DNA of 64,000 nt, taken from assembly GCA_963797555.1 (NCBI GenBank), contig CAWCPV010000013.1, forward strand, positions 1-64,000, given 5' to 3'. Position 1 is the first letter of the stretch. Each line of letters opens with the position of its first letter. Positions 45,818-53,948 of the stretch are shown here, one piece after another. Origin of the DNA: an uncultured Gammaproteobacteria bacterium (lineage in GTDB: Bacteria > Pseudomonadota > Gammaproteobacteria > CAWCPV01). The notes under the pieces were generated by a model. The model was given only the letters and a program-made list of their open reading frames with translations, searched no databases and was not told where the DNA came from. Both the position numbers and the translations under genes were made by a program.

Positions 45818-47845
45818 TTATGTTTTAATAAAAACCGCTCTTTCTGTGATCGGCAGGAATTCTACCAAGACATTGGCGAGTCTGGAGAGCTTCGCGCTGA
45901 TCTGGTCCGGGTCATCGGTGCCCGTGCCCAGGAATAGTCCAATCGTGTCGCGGGCGATGCGGTCTTCGTTGGTTCGCAACCCGTTATCCCCTGCGTCGTA
46001 GGTATAAGCCAGAAAATCTTCAAACTTTCCCCGCAGCGCGAGCTTCGCGGTGTTGCGGGTGTCAGCCGTGGTTGCGCCGCAGTACCGCCCATCCAGTGTT
46101 TGCGTGGCGCCGTAAACCGTGCTGGTGTAAGCCAGGCTTTCATTCGAGCGGTACACCAGCAAAGTGCCCGCGCCGGTATCCACGGCCAGAGGTGCGCGGT
46201 TGGCGTAGGGCGTATTCGTGAGTTGCTGGGCCGCGCCCCAGGCCAGCGTGCCGATGTCCAAGGGGTCATGCCAGAGCGTCCAGCCGCCGCTCCGGGTGGA
46301 ACTGTAGAAGAGTTCGATGCCACCGTCGGGCGCCACCAGCGGGGACGGTTCGCGCTCGTGGTCGCCGGGCGCGTTCTTGGGGAGCGTGCTAACCCCTGAC
46401 CAGTCCGCCGCGGCCGGGTCGAGCCCCTGCTTGATCCGGTACGCGACAGTCCAGCGGCTCTGGCCGGGAGGCCCCCCCGCTTCGTGCCTGGCCCAGAACA
46501 CCCAGAGCCGCTGGCTGGGGCTGGTCGGATGGAACAGGACGTTGAGGTCGTTTTCGACGCGCGGGTCCTGGCCGCCGTCCGCCGGGAAGTCGAGCGCGGC
46601 CGGCAACCAGTTGGCGCCGTCGTGCCGGTTGTACTTGATTCCCCAGCCGGCAGCGGTTTGTTCCAGCCAGAAAAGCCAAAGCCCGCCGGCATTGTCCACG
46701 GCCGCCGCAGGCATGCGGCGCGCGGTGGCGGAATCGCTGAACACGGCGGCGGACGACCAGAGGCCGGCTGTGCGTGTACGAAAATTGATTCGCCACATCC
46801 GCTCGCCGGGCGGCTGGTTCGGGTCGTAGCTTTCCCAGAAAAGCCACAGACTGCTTCCTTGCAGCGCGGCGGCAGGGTGCATGTCGATGCCCGGTTGATC
46901 CACCACGGGCGCGCTTGGCTGCCATTGGCCGTCAGCAAACCGCTTGGTCCAGATGTCCCAGCCGTGGCGGCGATACGTATGGTAGAAGAGCGAGATTGAC
47001 CCATCGCTTTCGCGAATGCCGGTGGCACGTCCGTTGTAAACGAAATTCAGGGACGCCAGCGCCCGAGCGCCAAAGTTTCCGCCCACAGGCCGCAGGGCGG
47101 ACCATAGGTTCAACCGCTCGGGCTGGTTGGTGCGGGCCACGTTGTGGACGAATTCCTTGGTTTGGCTCTCCCAGTTGGTGATGCGCTTGACCGTGGCCTC
47201 CACGGTGGGGATGACGCCGACGGTCTGGTAGATCGACGGCGCGAAGCGAATCTCGTTGCGCTGCGCCCCCACTTCCAGGCTGTAATCCGTCTGCCAGCCG
47301 ATCCATTGCGCCAGCAGTGGCAGCAGGCTCCCCTCCAAGCGGGCCACGTCGTGCAAGCCCAGCGTCGCACGTGCCAGACTATAGATTTGGTCGAACTGAG
47401 AGCCCGGCAAATCCAGAAACCGGCGCAACTGCCCCTTGGTCCGGTCCTTAGGTGCCACAGCGGCATCCGAGGTAGGCTCCTGTGCTTCGTCGTAGCGATG
47501 GTACAGGGCGGGCAGCAGCGCATACATCTGCCCCGCGAAATCGTAAGGCGCGGTGGCCATGGCAGAGACGCGGTTGTGCGGGTCGATGTCATACTGGGGC
47601 GGGTCGTCGTGGAAAGCAAACAGGCCATAGTAGTAGACCGTCTCGCCTTGCAAGCCGAGGTCGGAAGCCGCGGCCAGGCCGGTGCCGTGCGCCACCACCA
47701 CGCCGTCGTCAGGTGCGAGCGGATGCGTGTCCTCGCGGCGTACCACGCGCACGCCGGGGAAAGCGTTGGGAGCCGGGTTGGTCCAGCTTAAGTCGATCCG
47801 GTTGCCGCCGGGATGGGCGAGGGCCGCGATATCGAGGAGGCGCAT
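45818..47845 (-). CDS. baseplate wedge / phage tail protein (P2 gpI / Afp12-like) with Fn3-like N-terminus and Trp-rich propeller-like insert
   Basis: MYALLPALY.R.D...QLRRFL...LLPLLAQWIGW...R..I..A..IY...G core; C-terminal L.EFLP...R.VF. Confidence 0.75.
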   Translation of the reverse strand: MRLLDIAALAHPGGNRIDLSWTNPAPNAFPGVRVVRREDTHPLAPDDGVVVAHGTGLAAASDLGLQGETVYYYGLFAFHDDPPQYDIDPHNRVSAMATAPYDFAGQMYALLPALYHRYDEAQEPTSDAAVAPKDRTKGQLRRFLDLPGSQFDQIYSLARATLGLHDVARLEGSLLPLLAQWIGWQTDYSLEVGAQRNEIRFAPSIYQTVGVIPTVEATVKRITNWESQTKEFVHNVARTNQPERLNLWSALRPVGGNFGARALASLNFVYNGRATGIRESDGSISLFYHTYRRHGWDIWTKRFADGQWQPSAPVVDQPGIDMHPAAALQGSSLWLFWESYDPNQPPGERMWRINFRTRTAGLWSSAAVFSDSATARRMPAAAVDNAGGLWLFWLEQTAAGWGIKYNRHDGANWLPAALDFPADGGQDPRVENDLNVLFHPTSPSQRLWVFWARHEAGGPPGQSRWTVAYRIKQGLDPAAADWSGVSTLPKNAPGDHEREPSPLVAPDGGIELFYSSTRSGGWTLWHDPLDIGTLAWGAAQQLTNTPYANRAPLAVDTGAGTLLVYRSNESLAYTSTVYGATQTLDGRYCGATTADTRNTAKLALRGKFEDFLAYTYDAGDNGLRTNEDRIARDTIGLFLGTGTDDPDQISAKLSRLANVLVEFLPITERAVFIKT

Positions 47846-47847
47846 GC

Positions 47848-49416
47848 CTAGAATCCCCCTTGGTTGGTGATCACCACGTTGGCGCCCGCGGCGTAAGCAG
47901 CATCGGCGGGCACCGCAGGAACTTCGTTTGCGGCAAGGTTGATCTTCCCGTGGGGCTCAATAACCGGCGTCGCCGTGTCCCCGCGCCGAAATTCACTGAT
48001 GTTTACATACAGCACCCCGGGTATCTGTTCGCTCACCTCGTAGAATTTGCTCAGATAGATCGTCTGGCCGAAAGTGACGTTATCGAACGCGAGCAGCGCG
48101 GCGGCCGCCTGCTGCACCTGCGATTGTATCTCGGAGCGCACGTAAAAGCTCTCCACCCCGATCTCGGCCGTCACGTAGATAGGCACGTAGTCCACGTCCT
48201 GGATCTCGACGATCTGGCTGAGTGTGCGTTTGTCTTCGAAGTAGGCCTTCAGGTTGGCCTCGAGCACGTCGCTCACTTTGCCGCCCCCTTCGGGAGCCAC
48301 ATAAAGCGTTACGGTGTTCCAGCCGGTGGCCCGCGCCTGCACTTTGCCCACGCCTGGGAAACTGAGAGCCAAAGCCTCATAGTCGGCAGCGGTGACGGCG
48401 CGCTTCAGCGAGCGGAACACCGCGGGTGCGTGCTGGACGGCATGCTGGATGGTTTCCCGGTCAGCCCCGCCGGTGGACGGATCGAAGTTGGTCACCTGCG
48501 CCCCCAAGAGCGCCAGTTGCGGCGCACCGACGATGGTTTGTATGGAGCCGGCGGGTGTGTTGCCGACAGCTCCACCGCCTACCCGGTAGGTGGCCAGAAT
48601 TTGCGCGCCGCTGGGCGGGATGTCGCCAAAGCCGCCGTCCCCGAAGACCACGGTCGATTCGTCGTTTTCATCGATCTCGATGACGTAATCCTTCTGGCCG
48701 GCCCGACTGAAGGCTAGGCTCTCTTGCAGGTTCCAGATGTCGATGACCCCTCCCAACTGGGTCAGAAGCACAATGTCGCGGCCGGTCTGCCCTGCCGTGC
48801 CGATCGGACGGAGAATCAGCTCGGGATGGGCGAGCACGAAGCGCTGGTTCGGCGAGCCGTCGGAGGTGCCGATCACCTCTGATTTGATCAGGCGTCCTTC
48901 CTCAACAGGAAGGCCTTTGTAAGTCTTCTTGCCGGTCGCAGGGTCAGCGGCAATCGTGCTGAAGTCGATCACCAGCGGCGCCTCGGGCGTGTATTCAAAG
49001 CGGATGCTGGGCTTGTTTTTCTGGCTCTTCGTCGCGAAGGCGTCGCCCTGACTCACCGTCACCACCGCGTCCACCGTCCCTGGAACGGTCACGTACAAGC
49101 CGGCGGAGGCCGGAACCGCAGTCGCCAACCTATACCCAATCAGACGGAGATGCTCGATGACGCTGCGCCGTGTACGCGCGGTGCCCAGGAAGCTTTCGTT
49201 TGCGACCCGGTCCTGGTAGTAGCTGAGAATGTCACCCATCTGTGCGAACAGTTCCAGCAAGACGTTCCCGAAATCGGCCTCGTTGGCAAAGTCCTTCCAT
49301 TCCGGCAGCTTGGATGGAACGAGAGCGTACATCGCCTGCAGCAGGCTTTCGTAGTCGCGCGCCATGTAATCGACGACCGGACTCCCGTTAATTTGCTTGA
49401 TCTCAGCCATGGCCAA
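47848..49416 (-). CDS. baseplate J / gp6-like protein (Afp11-like)
   Basis: DYMARDYESL, D.G.VLLELFA..GDILSYYQDRVANESFLGTA, FGDGGFG..P, YRVGGG..GN, RAVTAADYE. Confidence 0.92.
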   Translation of the reverse strand: MAMAEIKQINGSPVVDYMARDYESLLQAMYALVPSKLPEWKDFANEADFGNVLLELFAQMGDILSYYQDRVANESFLGTARTRRSVIEHLRLIGYRLATAVPASAGLYVTVPGTVDAVVTVSQGDAFATKSQKNKPSIRFEYTPEAPLVIDFSTIAADPATGKKTYKGLPVEEGRLIKSEVIGTSDGSPNQRFVLAHPELILRPIGTAGQTGRDIVLLTQLGGVIDIWNLQESLAFSRAGQKDYVIEIDENDESTVVFGDGGFGDIPPSGAQILATYRVGGGAVGNTPAGSIQTIVGAPQLALLGAQVTNFDPSTGGADRETIQHAVQHAPAVFRSLKRAVTAADYEALALSFPGVGKVQARATGWNTVTLYVAPEGGGKVSDVLEANLKAYFEDKRTLSQIVEIQDVDYVPIYVTAEIGVESFYVRSEIQSQVQQAAAALLAFDNVTFGQTIYLSKFYEVSEQIPGVLYVNISEFRRGDTATPVIEPHGKINLAANEVPAVPADAAYAAGANVVITNQGGF

Positions 49417-49419
49417 TCC

Positions 49420-49788
49420 TCATCTGAACTGAATGCGAACTGCTTGCCGCGAAAGATCCTTGCGGCTAATGTAAGCCACCTCGATGGTGACGGTTTCGTC
49501 CACTGCTGTCACATTTACCCCGTTCACCACGAGTTGGTCGCCTAGCCAGCGGGTCAGCGCGGCGCCTACCGTAAACTCCATCGCCGCTCCCAGGATGGTG
49601 TTGGCGGGGTCGAAAACCAGGTTGAAAAGACCACACCCAAAGTCAGGGTGGTTCACCCGCTCGCCCGGAGTCGTGAACAACACCTGGATAATTTTCCCCT
49701 GAAGATCGACATCCTCGTCGGGATCCGGAATGATCGCACCCCCCGGCGAGACGGCAAAAGGGAAGCCAAAACCTGTCGCCATCCGCAT
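49420..49788 (-). CDS. gpW/gp25-family baseplate protein (Afp9-like)
   Basis: FPF...I.QVLFTTPGERVNHPDFGCGL..LVF. Confidence 0.92.
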   Translation of the reverse strand: MRMATGFGFPFAVSPGGAIIPDPDEDVDLQGKIIQVLFTTPGERVNHPDFGCGLFNLVFDPANTILGAAMEFTVGAALTRWLGDQLVVNGVNVTAVDETVTIEVAYISRKDLSRQAVRIQFR

Positions 49789-49803
49789 GTCTCCAATTTC
49801 TGC

Positions 49804-50298
49804 CTACGCTGAACAGCTCACGAAACTCTGGCCTGCGGCGGCCACAGTCGAGTTCGCTTTGCCCCCTGTGCCGTCGCAGGTGTCGATCTTGTCGCCATCC
49901 AAAAGCACCTTGACCCCGCCAATCGTCAGCAGAGCGCTGCCGGCAGCGGCGTTCGGCACGCCGATGCCGATCACGTCCTTAATTGACAGGGTGAGCGGGA
50001 TCGGCACGGGCGTTGCTGGCGTGAAACCGCTGCCGGCCGGCCCGGAATGCCCGCCCGCCGGCGGAGCCGCCTCGCCGGGATTCAGCGAACTCTTGCTCGT
50101 CAGCAGTGCGACTGGCTTGCCGCCGATCTTGACGAACGTGCTCAAACCGTCCGTCATCCCGCCCTTGTACACAAAACTGCCGATTCCCGTGTAGGGCACG
50201 GTTGGCGGCGGCGGCGCGGGATTGGTGGCGTTGCCCATCACGTTGTGCTTGTCCGTCCCCTGCACGGCGTCGCCCTGTATCACGACCTTCTTGCCCAT
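49804..50298 (-). CDS. PAAR-like spike tip protein
   Basis: Repeated V.IGG.PVA / LTIGG.KV motifs, candidate His/Cys metal ligands; lies between gp5 and gp25. Confidence 0.7.
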   Translation of the reverse strand: MGKKVVIQGDAVQGTDKHNVMGNATNPAPPPPTVPYTGIGSFVYKGGMTDGLSTFVKIGGKPVALLTSKSSLNPGEAAPPAGGHSGPAGSGFTPATPVPIPLTLSIKDVIGIGVPNAAAGSALLTIGGVKVLLDGDKIDTCDGTGGKANSTVAAAGQSFVSCSA

Positions 50299-50301
50299 CG
50301 C

Positions 50302-51048
50302 TCACCCCTGCTGCAAATCAATCGACGCGCCAACCACCGTCACACTCTGCCCACTGGCATCAATCTTCAGCGGCACTTTTGCTGTAATCGTGAAGGCGCT
50401 GCTCGACATGTCGATGCTGTTCCCCGTGGCGTCGGTCAGCTTGATTCCGTCCGACGTCATCTCAATTGTGTTGCTGTTCGTATCCTGAACCTTGATTCCG
50501 TCCGATGTAAACTGGATGGTATTCGCATTGGCATCCGTGACCGTGATTCCGTTCTGGTCCATGGCCAGGAAGTGCCCCTGGCTGCCCTCCCGAAGCAGGA
50601 TCATCTCGGAGCCGTCGGCGTCTTCGAACTGTAGCGTGTGCCCCTTGGCCGTCTTGACGATCTTCGCTGTCGGAGGGTCTTGAACGTTGCTCTCCTCGGA
50701 TCCGTCGCTGCCCTTGTTCGGCTTGGGCAATTCGCTTTCGAAGTTGGGTTGGCTCCAGAATGTGCCGACCCACAAGGGGAACTCCAAGTCGCCTTCTTCG
50801 AACTCCGTCCACACGCCAGCGCCGATGTCAGGAATAAACAGGAATCCCTGGTCGGCGGCCCCGCCGTAAGGCGCGCAGGGCGTGGCCCATCCGGTGACCA
50901 CATCGCCGCCCAGGACGCTAGGCACTTTCAGCTTCAGTCGGCCGAGCTTCAGCGGATCCTGATTATCGACCACGATTCCGCGGTACTTGCCATAAAACCG
51001 GTGCTCAATCTTTTCCGCCAGATCCGCGACTATACGTTCCAGATTCAT
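50302..51048 (-). CDS. phage baseplate assembly protein V / gp5-like spike
   Basis: FYGKYRGIVVDNQDP...GRLK..VP...W..PC.PY.G...GF..IP.IG..VW.EFE.GD..FP.W.G OB fold; beta-repeat C-terminus. Confidence 0.9.
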   Translation of the reverse strand: MNLERIVADLAEKIEHRFYGKYRGIVVDNQDPLKLGRLKLKVPSVLGGDVVTGWATPCAPYGGAADQGFLFIPDIGAGVWTEFEEGDLEFPLWVGTFWSQPNFESELPKPNKGSDGSEESNVQDPPTAKIVKTAKGHTLQFEDADGSEMILLREGSQGHFLAMDQNGITVTDANANTIQFTSDGIKVQDTNSNTIEMTSDGIKLTDATGNSIDMSSSAFTITAKVPLKIDASGQSVTVVGASIDLQQG

Positions 51049-52172
51049 AAGCCGCCCAGCAGGCCTCCTCCATTCGCGGAAAAGTTCTCCGCTCCGGTGG
51101 GCATCAGGCCGTTGCGCTTCACGCGAAAGCGCTGGATATAGCCGTCCGCATTGAAAATGTGATTGACGTGCGTGGTGTAATAGACCCCGCTGTACGTCTC
51201 GCCAATACCCTTGATCGTCACCGGGGCGCGGGGCTTGAGGATGTTGCCGTACTGATTGGCCGCCACTTCTCCTTCGCCGGTGACGAACCACTCGCCCTCG
51301 TTGTATAGGCCCTGGCACAGCGCCGTCATCTCGGCGCTGCCCGTCGTCACCGTTTTTCCGATATAAACCATGCCCGGCGCCAAGCCCGGGCACAGATAAG
51401 TGTCCACCCCTCTGGCGCCCAAAGCCTGTTGACTGCCAGGAGCGGACGTTGCGTCGAGGACGTCCTTGGTGTCGTGATCAAGCTGGAAGATGCCCACGTT
51501 CACCGTCGACAGCGCGTTCACTTCGAGCTGGAACCGATTGACGTTGGTATCGTCGCCGAACTGGACCGAAAGCACCGGCTGCGGCTCCCCGCTCACCTGC
51601 GGCGGTTGGAAATACCCGGTATCACCATCGACATAGCATTCGTAACCATTGCGCAGGGCGAGCCGCTTGAGGAACTGGATGTCGGTCTCGCGCTGGATGA
51701 TCGTTGAAACCTGCTCGTCGTGAATGAGGTCGGTATCCTCGACCTGCGGCGTCAATCCATAGGTGCCAAAAATCTCGGTGGCGATGTCGCTGTCTTTCCG
51801 GCTGGGCCAATCCTGGAGCTTGTCCTCGCGGTCCATCAGCACGCTGGCGTCCATGCCCCAGATCTCCAGATGGCATTGATCCAGTCCGCTGCCGAATATC
51901 GGCCGGATATGGGTGATGTACCCCAAGATCAACTGCTCCGTATCGTCTTCCAGGCCGGCGGTGACCACCACCTTCTTCCAGATGGCCAGCCGTTCGTCGT
52001 CAATGTAGTTCCACGTGCCGTCGGCCTGGAGCAGAAGCGCCACACTCATGCGAAACATGCCCGCCAGTTCCTCGTCGAGCTCCACTTCGAGGCTGACCAG
52101 GTCGTTGTATAACTCCTGGATTTCGCTTCCTTCGATCTCGATCTTGAGGTTGTCGTGCTGCATGGTGGTCAT
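51045..52172 (-). CDS. phage late-control D / gp27-like hub (VgrG N-terminal equivalent)
   Basis: DSDIA..IF..YGL...QRETDIQFLKRLA.RNGYE...I.GIG..YSG.YY...V.H. Confidence 0.88.
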   Translation of the reverse strand: MTTMQHDNLKIEIEGSEIQELYNDLVSLEVELDEELAGMFRMSVALLLQADGTWNYIDDERLAIWKKVVVTAGLEDDTEQLILGYITHIRPIFGSGLDQCHLEIWGMDASVLMDREDKLQDWPSRKDSDIATEIFGTYGLTPQVEDTDLIHDEQVSTIIQRETDIQFLKRLALRNGYECYVDGDTGYFQPPQVSGEPQPVLSVQFGDDTNVNRFQLEVNALSTVNVGIFQLDHDTKDVLDATSAPGSQQALGARGVDTYLCPGLAPGMVYIGKTVTTGSAEMTALCQGLYNEGEWFVTGEGEVAANQYGNILKPRAPVTIKGIGETYSGVYYTTHVNHIFNADGYIQRFRVKRNGLMPTGAENFSANGGGLLGGL

Positions 52173-52754
52173 CTATCCAATCGGCTTGGGCGGTATGACG
52201 ATCTCCTGGCCCACCTGTTCGAGATCGGCGAAAGGCGCGACCTGGAAACCGGCCGTCTCGATGCTAGTGGCAAGCGTGGCGGACGTCACGTTCAGCCGGT
52301 TGTAAGTGACGAGCACGGCCCGTTGGAATTGCTCCACAAGCGCGGTGATCGTTTGGCCGCCCACCGTGACCTGTTGCGGCGCCAGTTGAATGTCCTCCAC
52401 TATTTCGACGTCCTCGACGCCCAACAATCCCCGCAGGGTGCTGGACAGGACGGCCCAGGGAGGGGTGCCGGATACGGTCACGGGGAAGCGTGTGGTGATG
52501 ACGGCATCCTGGCCGAGCAGAGCCAAGGGAGATAAGAATTCCGGGTTGGCATCGCAGATGTTCCACCATTGCAGCGGTTGGCTGTAGTACTTGTAGGCCA
52601 ACTGATCCAGCCGATCGCCGGAGTCGACCGTATGGCGGAACGTACCGCTTACGTCCGGCAGCAGGCGCAGATCCTTGGCCGCCAGCATCCGCCCTTGCGC
52701 ATCGGGCGCGGTGACGTCGGGTACTTTGCGATAGCGGGAAACCTTGCTGAACAT
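52173..52754 (-). CDS. LysM / tail-X-like baseplate protein
   Basis: SRY...HTV..GDRLDQLAYKYY..P..WW.ICDANP...G..I.IP. Confidence 0.8.
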   Translation of the reverse strand: MFSKVSRYRKVPDVTAPDAQGRMLAAKDLRLLPDVSGTFRHTVDSGDRLDQLAYKYYSQPLQWWNICDANPEFLSPLALLGQDAVITTRFPVTVSGTPPWAVLSSTLRGLLGVEDVEIVEDIQLAPQQVTVGGQTITALVEQFQRAVLVTYNRLNVTSATLATSIETAGFQVAPFADLEQVGQEIVIPPKPIG

Positions 52755-52758
52755 AGGC

Positions 52759-53481
52759 TTATCCGGGAACCACCACGTTGGCGATGCTGGAGAGGTTGGC
52801 CAAGTTCAGGACCGACATGGCTTCGATCATGGCCTTGGAGTACAGGTAAGGCACGCTCTTGCCTTCGATCACCGTGAGATTCACGCCGACGGTGGCACGG
52901 ATCGGATTCAGATCGGTGCTGAACTCCGTCTCTGTGATATTCATGCTGTTGATATTCACGGGCAGTACGCGCTTGCGCCCGAAGATGAACAGAACCAGCG
53001 GAGGATTGGCGCCGCGAGTGAAACTGAAGCCCTTCGACCCGCCCAACAACGCGCCGAGGGCCGCGCCGAGCAAGCTCTCGTCCTTGGGATAGACCATCTG
53101 TTCGAGCGTCGAAATCTGCGGGGCGATGCCAAACTGCTCGCTGATGGTGTCTCCTTCGTTCAGCTTGTCGGTCGCATCCAGCCGGATATCGAAATTGATG
53201 ACCTGCTCCTGCACCGTCACGAGCTGCTGCTTCTGCAGGTCGAGCAGATCCGAGAACTGTCCATGAAACTGGCGCAAGGTCCGCGTCTGCGCCTGGCTCG
53301 CGGCGGCTGCGGTTCCCGGCGGCGGCGGAGGCGGGTTCGGCACGGCAAAGGTCAAGGCGCGGTTGCGCGTCAGTTGCAGCGGGTTGAACTGGAACACCAC
53401 CACCAGCGGCGGCAGGCTCAGCCCAAACTCCACGAACGCGCCGCGGAGGATTTTCGGTTTGTTGGGGAAGCCGTCAGACAT
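52759..53481 (-). CDS. CIS tube initiator-like protein (Afp7-like N-terminal part)
   Basis: FQFNP..LTR...I.LDATD...PP.VLF.FG..RVLPV.I.S..ITE..F...LNPIRA.V...L.V. Confidence 0.82.
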   Translation of the reverse strand: MSDGFPNKPKILRGAFVEFGLSLPPLVVVFQFNPLQLTRNRALTFAVPNPPPPPPGTAAAASQAQTRTLRQFHGQFSDLLDLQKQQLVTVQEQVINFDIRLDATDKLNEGDTISEQFGIAPQISTLEQMVYPKDESLLGAALGALLGGSKGFSFTRGANPPLVLFIFGRKRVLPVNINSMNITETEFSTDLNPIRATVGVNLTVIEGKSVPYLYSKAMIEAMSVLNLANLSSIANVVVPG

Positions 53482-53513
53482 ATCTCACATCCCACGCATC
53501 GGAATGGCCGTTG

Positions 53514-53948
53514 TCACTTGACTATCTCGCTCACAGAGCGGAAATGTAGCCTATTGGACTCGTGGTGTCCGGTTATGACGCCATATGTGACAGTGTTCTC
53601 ATCGGGCTCAATCTCTAGAATAGCACCAATGTCGATTGCGGTTTGCCGGTCGCTGCCGCACTTACTCAGATCCCATGTTCCGTCGTTCAGATCGAAGTGT
53701 TGCAGGTAAGCCTCTCCTGGTTGAATCAAGATTAAATCCGGTATGTTGACAGTCCACCTTTTAGGCATCCTTTTTATGGAGCACCGCTTTCCGTTCTGCG
53801 GCGATACCTGAAAGTAAACGGAATAGTAACCAAAGGAGTAGCTTGGACTCCATATCGAGACAACCGATTGTGATCGGTTAGCGATTGCCAGGTTGAACAC
53901 CTTCTCGATATAAGTGAGATTAAGATCCATAGGAAGCATTTGCGTCAC
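53514..53948 (-). CDS. AT-rich hypothetical protein, candidate immunity/partner of the DUF4157 protein
   Basis: GTG start overlaps the upstream TGA; visibly more AT-rich than its neighbours. Confidence 0.6.
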   Translation of the reverse strand: MTQMLPMDLNLTYIEKVFNLAIANRSQSVVSIWSPSYSFGYYSVYFQVSPQNGKRCSIKRMPKRWTVNIPDLILIQPGEAYLQHFDLNDGTWDLSKCGSDRQTAIDIGAILEIEPDENTVTYGVITGHHESNRLHFRSVSEIVK

